Positions 12,103 to 27,150 of a stretch of DNA of 64,000 nt are shown piece by piece. The notes under the pieces were generated by a model. The model had not been told where the DNA came from. It was given only the letters and a program-made list of their open reading frames with translations, and made no database searches. The position numbers and the translations under genes were made by a program. The DNA is taken from assembly GCA_964016885.1 (NCBI GenBank), contig OZ024742.1, forward strand, positions 121,644,001 to 121,708,000. The letters run 5' to 3'. Each line of letters begins with the position of its first letter. The first letter of the stretch is position 1. This DNA comes from Eledone cirrhosa (Eukaryota).

Positions 12103-12622
12103 GCATTTTCCTTTCCTAGGGTTAAAAACCTCAGGAACGATAAAATATATGACCTCACTCCTACTAATACAGGTCTGAAAGGTCGTGAAAGTGACCCAAT
12201 ATTTATATTATATTTTTTAATTTTGATTAATTTTAATTGTAAATTAATTTTGATTATTTTGAAAAATTGGTTGAATTTTACTTGTTCTGCTTATCTTGAT
12301 ATTAAGTTCTGGTATATCAAATTATTACCATGGAACCACCTTGAATCATAGACGACCTATGTATTTCTGGGGGTGCATTGTACCCTCAGATATATTAACT
12401 TTATTCATTATTCTCCGTTATGTAGAGAAAAAATTCTGTCGTTCTATCTAGCTGCTAATTTTTTTGGTGGCGAATATAGACAACAAGTCTACGGTTTCCC
12501 GCCTTCACTTTACACCAACGTATTTATGGGTCACTTTCACGACCTTTCAGACCTGTATTAGTAGGCGTGAGGTCATATATTTTATCGTTCCTGAGGTTTT
12601 TAACCCTAGGAAAGGAAAATGC

Positions 12623-12700
12623 TTCTCTGATGATCTTTGTTTTTCCATTAATATCCATGTGATATCTAATGTTTTGCAAAGTGAAACTGTACAGTAAGGG
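12623..12700 (+). ncRNA. Type I hammerhead ribozyme
   Basis: TTCT-CTGATGA-TCTTTG..CAAAGT-GAAA-CTGTACAG-TA-AGGG. Confidence 0.72.
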
Positions 12701-12859
12701 CCACTTGAATAGGTAAATATTTATATTAAATTTTTTAATTTTGATTAATTTTAATTGTAAATTAATTTTGATTATTTTGAAAAATTGGTTGAATTTTACT
12801 TGTTCTGCTTATCTCGATATCAATATATATATATATATATATATATCAATATATATAGA

Positions 12860-13419
<560 letters not shown>

Positions 13420-13521
13420 CGTGTGAATGAAGTAATTACGTCGGAAAGGTCCAGGAAAGAAGAGTGCTCTATGTAGGTTACAGAGCTTAATAGTTATGTA
13501 ATAAACAACATAAGGCAATTA

Positions 13522-13582
13522 TTTCATTTACCAGTGGTTTCTTGAAAGCAAACAAATTTTGCTTTCAATTATAAGAATGAAA
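13522..13582 (-). ncRNA. Inactivated hammerhead (core CTTATAA), partner of 19219-19279
   Basis: Stems and GAAA-CCACTGG-TA intact, CUGANGA mutated. Confidence 0.6.
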
Positions 13583-13686
13583 AAAATCCTGGTGTATTTA
13601 TTGACATTGGATTTTAAAAACAAAAATATAATCTATATGAAAGTGAGGCTGGAAAAGGAAGAAGGAAAGGAAAAATAAACACACAT

Positions 13687-13779
<93 letters not shown>

Positions 13780-13838
13780 TACATACACACACATATATAC
13801 ATACACATATATACACATATACATATATATACACACAC

Positions 13839-13901
<63 letters not shown>

Positions 13902-15231
13902 CATACACATATACATACACGTACAAATACACATACATATACATATACATACATACACACAAATATATCAACATATCCATACATACACATACACACAAAT
14001 ACACAAACACACATACATGTATATATATATATATGGATAAGTATTTTAGACTTTATTTTATCATGAGTTAAGGCTCTATTGATTTTTCCCTGGATTTCAC
14101 TAAATTCTGTGGATGAATTTATATCCTGATTCTCTTTTGAGATGAGTTTGAATTATTTTTCCTACATGTTACGTTAACTATTTTTCCCATCTTGACGACA
14201 TAGTCGCATATATGTTATGGAATACTGTTAGCTTCTCGCTAAAACAATTTCTATACCTTTCATTTATATATATATATACATACATACACATAATCATACA
14301 TATATACACACGTACATACAGACACATACATAAACACATATATACACGCATACATACGCATACACAAATATAGATATATGTACACACACCTACATACGCA
14401 CACACACAATTAATTATAAGAAAAGATATAATAATAAAAATACCGTCTCATAAGAATAAAAATAAATGTAAAAATTATTATAAAGTTGACAGCGATACAA
14501 GCAACAAATAAATGAACAAACACACGTGGTAAGCAATACACACAATTGCACATACACATACATAAAAATAAATACATACACACACACACACATATACACA
14601 TACATATACATATACACATACATACACATATACATATATACACACACATACACACACACACATATATATATATACATACACATATATATACATACATATA
14701 CATACACACATACATATAAATACATACACACACATGTATGTGTGTAAAATTCATTCGCAGATGTATTCATTGAACCTTGTTTAACTCTTAAATATATACA
14801 TATATATATACATACATATATATATATATATATGTAGAAGTTATATTTAATATGTATATATACATACATATACACACACACATATATATACGAAAATACA
14901 TAAAAATTATATATATAAATATAAAAAGGTGAAAGGAGTAAACAAATAGTTGGGAATACGACAAATAATAAATAAATAAATAATTAGAAAAGGGTATAAA
15001 TGTTTATAGCTGATTTAGAGCACTCAACAAGTTCCTGGAGCAAATGGTCAATGAAAATAAGCATTAAATCACTGTATGTAATTATGCATATACATACACA
15101 TACATATATACATATACATATATATATATATATACATACACACACACACACTCACACAACCATACAATTACACACATATATACATACATATACATACATA
15201 TACGTATATATATATACATATAGGAAAAAGT

Positions 15232-15726
15232 ATGATCCCGACGGCAGAGCTCAAGCCGTTTCTGAGGGTAGGTTTTGCTGGAACCACCATAAAATCATCC
15301 CTGATCATCAAAACCTACCCTTTTAAGAAAACCCACTGTACTAATAGGAAATGTATCATATATAAGGTAAACCCCCGAATAAACTGTAAAACTAGAAACG
15401 TAGTTTATAGCATAAGATGTACAGAGGGTACTTGCAGAAACATGACAACAACATACATAGGCGAGACAGCTCGTAGCATCGGTGAAAGGATAGACCAACA
15501 CTGGGGGGAAATAAAAGGACGAAAAAACGTGTCAGTACTATACGAACATGCCAGACAACAACACAACGGTAACATAGACAACATAGAAATTAGAATAATA
15601 TCTAAACATAAAAATGACTCAGCAGATAGGCAAATCAGAGAGGCCAGTGAAATAGAACTTAGAAGGCCAAGGCTAAACAGAAAGAATGAATGGAATAACA
15701 ACAACACCCAAACAACACTGACCTAA
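15232..15726 (+). pseudogene. 5'-truncated PLE GIY-YIG endonuclease domain (open frame)
   Basis: C..C..C-KTRNVVYSIRC..C..YIGETARSIGERIDQH..LYEH..H..RQIREASEI..PRLNRK. Confidence 0.88.
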
Positions 15727-15999
15727 GAGAAGTATAAATAAATAAATAGATAAATAAATAAATAAATACATACACAAGCGCAATAACAACAGACACATAT
15801 AAACACCCACTAGTAAAGATAGAATACATTAACCAATACACAGTCACCCAATCAAGAAAATAACATCAAACAAAGCACTATATACACACGCAAACGCATG
15901 CGCAAAGAAGACAAAATAAAATAAACAAATAAATAAATATATAAACAGACTAAATAAAGATGGCGTAGAAAATACAATGTAACGGGAGGAAGCAATAGC

Positions 16000-16041
16000 A
16001 CCACTGACGATGTTGCAGATGTGCAACGAAAGAACTTTGAT
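16000..16041 (+). ncRNA. Minimal, probably decayed hammerhead in PLE 3' UTR
   Basis: CTGACGA-TGTTGCA/TGCAAC-GAAAG; stem I imperfect. Confidence 0.45.
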
Positions 16042-16288
16042 AAACTATATATATGTGTTTGTGTCTATATTGTATCTGTATTATTTTTGACCGCTGGTCA
16101 GTCAATGGCAACATTGAGGACCGAATAAATTAGATTACCGATATAAAAGACACAGAAGCGAAAAGCGAAAACCAACCAAACTGAGTGTGTTCTGTTATTA
16201 ATTCTGGCAATATTACACAAATATGACCCTCCCCAAGTATAACAATATTTGTTTCGACACACGATTTCATATCAAAAACATCGCAAAC

Positions 16289-16328
<40 letters not shown>

Positions 16329-17121
16329 AATACAACAGAAGCATATAAAATACAATTATATAAATACATATATACATACATATATATATTTACATATATA
16401 CACATATACGCAACACACACACAGAAATAAATATCTAAAAATAAAAAAAGGTGGGTATGTAAAGGGTAAGGTAGAAAGTAGGGGCGAAAAAAGGAAAATA
16501 AATGACATAGGAAAAAGTTTAAATATAAGGGGAGATAAAGGAGAAAAAGAATATAAGAGTACAGAAAGTGAGTTCAGAAGGTAAAAAAATCGTAGTGGAT
16601 GTAAGGCGAAGAGAGCAGAGAAGTTCAAGGTGGTTGAAATGGCTTTCAAGTTTTGTAAAATCCTAAATTTTTCAGTTCAACTAGCCTGAACTCCAAGACC
16701 GAGATCTTCAGATGTTGTCCTCACCTGAAATCACATCTGATCTGTAACTGGATTGACATTCCTACGATAACTCAACCACCTTGAACTTCTTCTCTGCTCT
16801 CTACGCCTTACATCCACTACGGTTTTTATACCTTCTGAACTCACTTTCTGTACTCTTATATTCTTTTTCTCCCTTATCTCCCACTATATTTAAACCTTTT
16901 CCTATGTCATTTATTCCCTCCCCCCCTACTTTCTACCTTACCCTTTACATACCCACCTTTTTTATTTTTAGATATTTATTTCTGAGTGTGTGCGTTGCGT
17001 ATATGTGTATATATGTATATATATATATATGTATGTATATGTATGTGTATATACATTTATATATATCTGTATGTATATGTATGTGTGTATATAATTGTAT
17101 TTTATACGCTTCTATTGTATT

Positions 17122-17233
<112 letters not shown>

Positions 17234-17360
17234 CGTGTGTTTATATTTGTGTGTGTGTATTTTTATATAATTGTTTATGTGTGTATATATATAATAGCCT
17301 AAGAAACCGCTTGTGCTCTGCCGTCGGGGTCATACTTTTTCCTATATGTATATATATACG

Positions 17361-17424
<64 letters not shown>

Positions 17425-17555
17425 GATAAATCTACCAAAAGTTTACGGTAGTGTCCAATCCGTATGAAGAACTCAATGTAATCCGGATATCATGAAAAGA
17501 GAAGATGCATTCAAAAACTACTTTCGGTGAAAAATAAACGGAAAACAGAGTGAAG

Positions 17556-17938
17556 ATAAATTATTAAAAAAATAATGAATAAACAAAGAAACAGTTCCTT
17601 ATATTAAACAAAAAAAATTCATTATTTTACGATCGTTTCTAGGATATATATGTGTTAGAATTGGTATGCATATTCTATAGATCTATGTACAATATTTATA
17701 CAAACTATCAGAGGGAATATACATACCTTCACATATATATGCTGTCTTCTGAAGATAGCATATATATGTGAAGGTATGTATATTCCCTCTGATAGTTTGT
17801 ATAAATATTGTACATAGATCTATAGAATATGCATACCAATTCTAACACATATATATCCTAGAAACGATCGTAAAATAATGAATTTTTTTTGTTTAATATA
17901 AGGAACTGTTTCTTTGTTTATTCATTATTTTTTTAATA

Positions 17939-17944
<6 letters not shown>
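17556..17944. repeat. Near-perfect 389-bp palindrome centred at 17750
   Basis: Arms are reverse complements with a 1-nt spacer; one mismatch seen near the axis. Confidence 0.93.
17747..17876 (+). ncRNA. Hammerhead with long stem II; 5' strand of stem I lost at the fold-back axis
   Basis: CTGAAGA-TAG.ATATATATGTG..CACATATATAT.CTA-GAAA-CGATCG-TA. Confidence 0.6.
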
Positions 17945-17984
<40 letters not shown>

Positions 17985-18271
17985 AATTGTATGGTTGTGT
18001 GTGTGTGTGTTTGTATATATATATATATGTATATATGTATGTGTATGTATATGCATAATTACATACAGTGATTTAATGCTTATTTTCATTGATCATTTGC
18101 TCCAGGAACTTGTTGAGTGCTCTAAATCAGATATAAACATTTATACCCTTTTCTAATTATTTATTTATTTATTATTTGTCGTATTACCAACTATTTGTTT
18201 ACCCCTTTCACCTTTTTATTTTTATATATATATAATATTTATGTATTTTCTTATATATATGTGTGTATATG

Positions 18272-18326
<55 letters not shown>

Positions 18327-18437
18327 ATATATATATATATATTTAAGAGTTAAACAAGGTTCAATGAATCCATCTAAGAATGAGTTTTACACACATACAT
18401 GTGTGTGTTTATATGTATGTACATATATGTGTGTGTG

Positions 18438-18484
<47 letters not shown>

Positions 18485-19218
18485 ATATGTGTGTGTGTGT
18501 GTGTATGTATATGTGTATGTGTATGTATGTGTATATGTATATGTATGTGTATGTGTGTCTATGTGTGTATGTATTTATTTTTATGTATGTGTATGTGCAA
18601 TTGTGTGTATTGCTTACCACGTGTGTTTGTTCATTTATTTGTTGCTTGTATCGCTGTCAACTTTATAATAATTTTTACATTTATTTTTATTCTTATGTGA
18701 CGGTATTTTTATTATTATATTTTTTCTTATAATTACTTGTGTGTCTGCGTATGTAGGTGTGTGTACATATATCTATATTTGTGTATGCGTATGTATGCGT
18801 GTATATATGTGTGTATGTATGTGTGTGTATGTACGTGTGTATATATGTATGATTATGTGTATGTATGTATATATATATACATGTATATATATATATATAA
18901 TGTGTGTGTGTGTGTTTTTGTTTATTTGTGTGTATGTCTATGTATGGATATGTTGATATATATGTTTGTATATATGTATATGTATGTGTATTTGTACGTG
19001 TATGTATATGTGTATGTATATATATATAAATATATATATATATATGTGTATATGTATGTATATGTGTATATATGTGTATGTATATATGTGTATGTATGTA
19101 ATTGTGTGTGTCTGCATGTGTGTTTATTTTTCCTTTCCTTCTTCCTTTTCCAGCCTCACTTTCATATAGATTATATTTTTGTTTTTAAAACCCAATGTCA
19201 ATAAATACACCAGGATTT

Positions 19219-19279
19219 TTTCATTCTGACGATTGAAAGCAAAATTTGTTTGCTTTCTAGAAACCACTGGTAAATGAAA
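19219..19279 (+). ncRNA. Type I hammerhead ribozyme
   Basis: TTTCATT-CTGACGA-TTGAAAGCAAA/TTTGCTTTCTA-GAAA-CCACTGG-TA-AATGAAA. Confidence 0.85.
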
Positions 19280-19304
19280 TAATTGCCCTATGTTGTTTAT
19301 TACA

Positions 19305-19381
<77 letters not shown>

Positions 19382-19441
19382 ATATTGTTATGCTTTGGGA
19401 CACGTTTTCAGATAAAGAATCTTGCTAAACAAATTTAGAAA

Positions 19442-19483
<42 letters not shown>

Positions 19484-20221
19484 TCATCATCAGTAATTCC
19501 CCCACAGCAGAGGATGGTTGTTTATGGAGCCGCATGTTACTTATGTAGAATCTAAACGTTCTGTTGCAAAAGTCATCGCAGTTGTCTCGCAGGAGAGGTT
19601 TCTGTACACACACACACACACACACAGACACATGCACAGACACACAGGGACACACACACACACACACATACACACACACATACACACACACATATATATA
19701 TATATAAGTGCATGTTCTAATGTGTCTCTTTAGCTATTTAAATATCTCTATAATCTAGCGCTTTCTCTATTGGGATTCCCAGTTAGCGGTCACTCAGTGC
19801 ATTTCTTCAGGAATGTACGTCTCTCTAAACTTATTACTATCAAAGCACGACATTATTCTTTGGAAAAAATTAAAATAGAAAAAAAATGTCTTAAATTGGA
19901 ATTTCCTTCTTCCTCTATTGGAATATTGTTAAGGCTTCTATACAGGTACTTATTAATTTATTAAGGATATGAGGTCAGTGTAACATTGCTAATTGGGCGC
20001 CAAATAACATATATCATATTTGAAGAACAATATATAAATATATATACATATATATATGAAAGTAAGGATGTAATGGCATGCGGTATTCGATAGGGATTTT
20101 CCCAGAGGAAATACTTCAACACTTATTTCACTATCTACCTTCCTATCCCTTCTTCTCTCTCTATCTAGGAATTTTCGGTAATTCCGAAATGTATTTTTCT
20201 ATTGTGCCATCACTAGCTTCT

Positions 20222-20475
20222 AGAGTGGAGGCGTGTTGTGTTTATGATCATAATATGCTGGGTTCGATTCCTAAACTGGGTTGAACAAAACGCTTCATTT
20301 CACGTTGCTCCCGTATATCCAGGCGAAAATGAGTACCAGCAATAGTTAGGGGTTTAACTCTACAATGGGTAGGCACCATGTCCAAGGGGAAGTCTTGTAC
20401 ACTCAAATGCATCAGGCCACGAAAGGTGGGGCAAGCACCGGCCTGATGAGCCTCCGGTCTCGAGACAGACTTTAG
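20222..20475 (+). mobile_element. Second tRNA-derived SINE family (also ~23880-23999 -, ~31590-31725 +, ~47055-47268 -)
   Basis: B-box GGTTCGATTCC followed by CTTCATTTCACGTTGCTCC core. Confidence 0.65.
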
Positions 20476-21392
20476 ACATCACTAGGTTCTACATCAGCTC
20501 TACACACTGATTTCGTCGATAGACATTTATTGCTAAAGGGACAATTAGCTATATTTCTGTAGTAACATTCGCATTGAAATAATTGCATAGTGTTTCTAGA
20601 TATTTTATTATGTTTTGGAAATTTGAGACCTCATTTTACCTAAATAACTATAGCAACCTTAAAACTTTTACTATTAAAATGTTTTAGTAACACTGAAAAT
20701 AGTTAAAATGTGAACTTATCGCGATGAGAAACCGTGTTATGGACACAGACTATGATATATGACGTTTAAAACATTATTTCTTAGTGTCGTTAATCTTATT
20801 GGGTAAACTAATTTTTATCTTGTCTTTGAACCTACTTCTCGTTAACAATATATTATATATGTTAGTATTAGCTTGAGTGTTTATTGTTGGAGCTTATCTG
20901 TTTCTGATGCCCAAAATTACGCTTGCAATTGGCAGTAGAGAACGTCTTAAGTCTGGCACTACTATTTCTATGGGGGTATTCATAGAAATATCATTAATAA
21001 AAAAAGTAATTTCAAGTTACAGAATATGTGATTTTAAATGATTAAAAGAGATGATTTGCAAATAAGTGACTAAATCGAGTTAGAAAAAACAGAACAATTT
21101 ATAGAGATTACAAGGAAAGGGAAAGAGTGAGAGGGATAGACGTTTTGGAGAGAAAAGGGCAAAACAAAGAATGAGAGAGAGAGTGTGTGTGTATGAGCAA
21201 GAAAGAGAGTAAGTGTGTGTGAGAGAGAGAGAGTGTGTGTGTATGAGCAAGAAAGAGAGTGAGTGTGAGAAAGAGAGAGAGAGTGTGTGAGGGGAACCGA
21301 GAGTGTATGTGTCTGTGTATAAGAGAGAGAGAGAGTATGTGAGGGGAAGAGAGAGAGTGTATGTGTCTGTGTATGAGGGATATATATATATA

Positions 21393-21795
<403 letters not shown>

Positions 21796-22032
21796 CGACG
21801 GCGATTGAAAATAAAAGTAATAAATTCCTGAGAGAAAGAATGGCAGTAAGTGAAGGTAAAATGTTCTACAACTAACAGGAAACTAAGTGATAACCAATGC
21901 GAGGCCATAGCAGGCTGGAAACGGCTAATTCGTGACATTAATGTCTCTCATCTGTCCGAGGTCGATTAAATAATTACCATGAAGTACTGGTCATTATAAT
22001 CGACAGTACTCTCTTTCAATATTTCTAGCCTT

Positions 22033-22231
22033 GGGAGGTAGATTGGCAGTATCGGTAGAGCGTTAGACAGCATGCTTTGTGGCATAGAATTACGTCCCTT
22101 TACGTTCCGAGTTAAAATCCCCCAGAGGTTAGCTTTGCAGTTCATAAAGCACTAGAAACACACTGGGTCGATTCATTCGACTTTCTCCTCTTTTCTTTAA
22201 ATTGCTGGCCTTGTGCCTAAAGTAGAAACAA
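22033..22231 (+). mobile_element. tRNA-derived SINE
   Basis: A-box TGGCAGTATCGG, family tail AATTGCTGGCCTTGTGCCTAAAGTAGAAAC. Confidence 0.8.
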
Positions 22232-23997
22232 ATATTTCTAGCTTTGTATCTATGAAAGTAATCATTATTGATGGACACAAATGTAAGGTAAAGAGAAACT
22301 GAAGAAGTGGGATTTTTCAATGAAAAAATCAATTGAAAATAAATGGAAGGTATAAATAATTTATAAATGTGATGGTTGAGTGTCTAATTCTTGTTATAGG
22401 AAATGGGAACAGATTATAGGGCTCGGCAGTTGAGGGAAACTGAAAGAATAAGGAATGAGAAAGACAGAAAGTGAAAGGAAAAGGAAAATAAGAATGAAAA
22501 AGCGGGATATGCTGGAACGAAACATATACGTATAAGAGTTGGTTATTGTATAAAAGAGTATATACACACACACACATACCCACACACATATAGCTACACA
22601 CACACACTCACACACACACATACCTACACACACGCACACACACATACCTACACACACCTACACACACGCACACATACCCTCCCACCCCTCACATATATAT
22701 GTATATATGTATAGATATAATAAGCATGAATACGGTATGCAAAGAAAGAGATTTATCTGTCTTCTCAGAATGAATGTAAATGTCGGCATTGACTAATTAG
22801 AATACAAACAAAAATCAGAAAATCTGAAAAACGATAAGTGCTCAAAACTTTTATACTTTACACTTGATGTAAAACTGTGGACTTAACCAAAACACATACT
22901 ATATCTCTATCATCTATTTGCAAATATCAATATAACCGTAGAAAACAGTCAAGATGCTCGATAGATACATAAAAAAGATGTATTCACATATAGGTTTGTA
23001 AACATAAACATTTTTTATAGCTAGTTTTTTTTAGAAAAATACCTTCGATAGATTTTTCGTATGATTGCTTCTAATATATGTTGTATACCGAAGCAATTTT
23101 TAAACTGCTGAGACGCCTGGTTACTCTCATGTTTCCTATATGACACTCAAGACAAACATGTCTTTACGGCCCTGTAATTATTTTGTCTTTCTATTCATTC
23201 CTTCTTAAAAAAGAATTCCAATTCTTCTCTTAGTGTGTTTTTCTCTTGGTTTCTTCCTTAGTCTATCGATGAAACGTTAAAGGTGTTTCTTTTCTCTTCT
23301 CCTTAAGAGCCGACCGATTGTTTTATGTTCCCGTGTTGGATTTTGATATTTTATTAACTTTTGAAACAGTTATAAATAACAGGTAAATCATATCTTATTG
23401 ATGTAAAGGGACACATCAACCATGTAGGAGATCCACTAGAGTATGTAAGTATGCATATTCGTTTGTTTGTCCTCACTCAATACAATAAGTGTAAGAATGT
23501 ATAAAGATAAATAGACAAATAAGCAGCATTGTGTAAAAGTTAACAACGAAAAAATGCCTGTTGTATGGGCCCGTTCTCCATTTAGATTTTATTCCGTGTA
23601 CCATTGCGCAAGTATTAAAGAAGGCAACTACAGAGCTGCATCTTTATAAATATATATAACACACGCACACAAACACACACGCACAAACACATACATAGAA
23701 AAGATAAAGTCTTCCTTCGGTCACAACTGGCCATGAACATTATACCTAGAAAGTTCACATCCCAAGCACAAGTCCAAGCTATTTATTTTTTTTGTGGAAG
23801 CCCATTAGTCGCCTCTGCGCAGGTCTCTCCTCCGCTCTAAACTGCACCGATCTTTTCAAAGGCAAAGGCCGGTACAGTTTTGTCCCAGTGACGTCACAAC
23901 TCTTTTTTACAGCTGAGTAAACTGGAGCAAATGAAATAAAGTGTATTGATCAAGGACAAAATGCCCTCCTCGGCCCGGAATCGAGCGCACGATCTGG

Positions 23998-24034
<37 letters not shown>

Positions 24035-24458
24035 TATGATATAATATAATGAGTCGGGACGTCGAAGGCTGAGTTCTTGCCGTTTCAACAGTTAGTTCTA
24101 AACTGATAGCCGAAGGCCTTGGTGGTTAACTGGCTGTATCATTAGGTGTAGTTTGTCCAAATAAGTGCATACATTGTTTATCTAATTGAGAACTCTCTTC
24201 ACATAAGTGTGTTTTTTAAATATAAGGTTAACAAGCGGTTGTGTGTTTAAATATCTGGTTTAGTTAGTGCTGATATGTATGCATGCCTCTATGTGCGCAT
24301 CGAAGTGTATCTGCCTGATCCACTTGAGATAGAATAATCGTGGAGAGGGGGTGGAATTATATTAATCGAGAAAGTATATAATAATATAACCATATTCTAG
24401 TACCCAATTACTCTGTTGAGTAATGGACTAACCAGTTTCAAACTGAATCCATCCTGAT

Positions 24459-24489
<31 letters not shown>

Positions 24490-24580
24490 TACATATATAT
24501 ATATATATATATATACAATATATATATATATATATACAGTATATATATATATATACAGTATATATATATATATATATACA

Positions 24581-24620
<40 letters not shown>

Positions 24621-24655
24621 TATATATATATATATACAGTATATATATATATATA
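24459..24655. repeat. (TA)n microsatellite punctuated by CAG
   Basis: Repeated TATATATACAG units. Confidence 0.85.
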
Positions 24656-26914
24656 GTGCGATCAGTTATATAGCTAAATTAATAGCAAGATAACGTACAT
24701 TAAAGGAATGCGATGTTACGAATTCTGAGAATGATGAGATTAAAAACCATTAATGTTTCTGAGTTACATAATATATATTAGAAACAATCCTGCAAATAGA
24801 TAGTGGTGTTTAGTTATATAATATAACTTAGAGACAATCATATGAATATTCTAACAAAAGTATTAAAAACCATTTATGTAGAAACGTCTATATTCACGCA
24901 CTTATATGTGGACACGTCTATTTTATATATCTATTGAACATTTTCTTCGTCTGTACTGATATTTGCAAATAGATGATAGAGATATACTTGTTTATGTTAA
25001 ATCACACATGTTTACGTCAAATATAATGAAGTTTAGAGCGCTTAATGTTTTTTTTATATTTTCCTATTTCTGTTATTAGTGAATATCCACATTAACATAA
25101 GTTACAACAGTAAATACACGAAAATGTTTTCTTTACAAAACATCTTAAATATATATATACAAGCCTGTAAATTTGGGTTTCACAAAGGAAAAAAAGTCAA
25201 AGCAAATTAATTCAGATTCCTTAAATCCAAACGATAAATGACTCAGTAAAGTTTTAGAATACATTCTAAAGATTCTGCATGAAGAGTATGTACGCACACA
25301 CATGCATCCACATGCACCCACGCAAAAACATTCATGTAACACTGACAAGATAACTGCAAGTACTCCCACACGTATGAACACATAAATTCATTTATATATT
25401 TACAAATCCCCAGAACTGTCATGGTTAGAAATAAATATTTTCTCTTTATTAGTAATTGACTTGTATTCTGAAAAGAAGAATTAAATGTATTTCCAAGGAA
25501 AACATATTTTCCATACATTCATAAATACATGCATATACAATCCAGGGCCTTCTCACTCCTTTGGAAGAACCACTCCCTGATTGACCTCCCTGCTTTCTGT
25601 TTGGTTTTGGTCATGTCAGGGGTGTCGCCGTACTCACTACGCTTGGCCAAATGCGGGTTGGTGGGTCTATTTAACTCATAGATGGTGTGAATCGCCGTTG
25701 ACTTTGAGGAGTTCATCCAGCTGCTGGGGTTCCACTTATCCTCTATCCAGACTAGGGTCTGATTAGGGAGCCGGTTTATTAACCGACCACTCCACTATAA
25801 AGTAGGTTGTACTGGGTTACATGTTACCAGTAGCAGGAAGAAGCCTGACCTGACCATATATACATAGATATATAAATACATAATTCAATGTCATCATGAA
25901 GACTGCTACGGAAACACCTGGCAAATATTTCTGTTGTTGAATACATACGTTTCCCCACAAAGAATACTGGGGCAGTATTTCCGTCAAAACGTCTGCCAAG
26001 ATTAGACATATCATATTCGTTTAGAATAGAAAATGAATATATAGAATGAAAGAGGTCAGCAGAATGCGCATTTATGGTCAACTGTTTCATTTCGTATAAC
26101 TTCCCTATCCGAATTATAAATTCACGTGTATCCATAACCATTACAGAACATAGTTATCTTACTACGTGTCTAAGCAGTAATTCCGAAATGCTAATATATT
26201 TATCAGCGAATGCACACTTGGCAGATATAATCTGTAAGCGAAACATTAAAACTAAGGAATACTCTTTAAAATTCGACTTGTAAATCGTTTCTATCATCTA
26301 AATTCCAGCCCTTGTGTATTGTTTCTTTGATAAAAAGCAATCCATTCTCTATAGGTAAAATCCAAAGAAGGTAAAAGAAGATAACACACATAAATACACC
26401 CATTTCAAGTCCAAGTCAATATTTGTGCTGGACTTAGGTTATAGTCTGGACTGGCAGCGCTTGACGAGTCTCTCATCCTTAATTTCCTGGGTCGAGATGA
26501 TTGTAGTTATACCAGAGATGCAGTGGTACGACCAGGCAGATCTAAGCATCCAACCGTAGTCAGAGGTACGCCTACAACTGAGTCGGTACTGCTTATCGGT
26601 ATTCTAACAATTGAAACTTGACCATTTCTCATTGAGTTTTCCGCCCAGTCCACCGAAAATCCCTTTTTTACAAGCATATTGTGATAAACCTTTAAATTTT
26701 ACTGAGAATTGATTTAACCGAAGACCAATACAGTTGTTTATGAGGAGGTACACTCATGTATTCACATAGTTTGTGAAGCCATAAGTGAATGGTTGATAGC
26801 CTTCCTCACAGGAAACATAACGTGAAATATAAATAATTTGAAACTAGACGTAGAAAATAAGTAGAACGAAGGAAATGGGTTTGAGGACAAAATTTTCATT
26901 GAAAATATCGTCAT

Positions 26915-27150
26915 CATTGCGATCACTGACATTCCTGACAAAGTCTCTCCACAACTCACGATTTTCCATTGCTCCAGGCACTAACTGTGGCTTGTATCGG
27001 CTGAGAGTTGATAGATGAAGGTTCGAGCAGATCTTACTCTACTGCGCCTCCCGCGAGCTGGTTCCCATAATAGTAGCTTACTCCCCTGGATTGTCTTGCA
27101 AAGCCGCTGCCTATTGAACGTTGTTGCGTGGTCATTTCCCAACAATTTGG
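26915..27150 (-). mobile_element. RTE-like LINE 3' end fragment
   Basis: Manual translation LLLWEPARGRRSRVRSARTFIYQL..AMENRELWR followed by an ATG/GAT-repeat-like tail. Confidence 0.65.

Larger units (their letters stand above)
11805..12820. mobile_element. Non-coding PLE-type module: inverted plus partial tandem pseudo-LTRs
   Basis: 11805-12200 is the reverse complement of 12527-12720 joined to 12200-12404; (TA)n at both ends. Confidence 0.8.
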
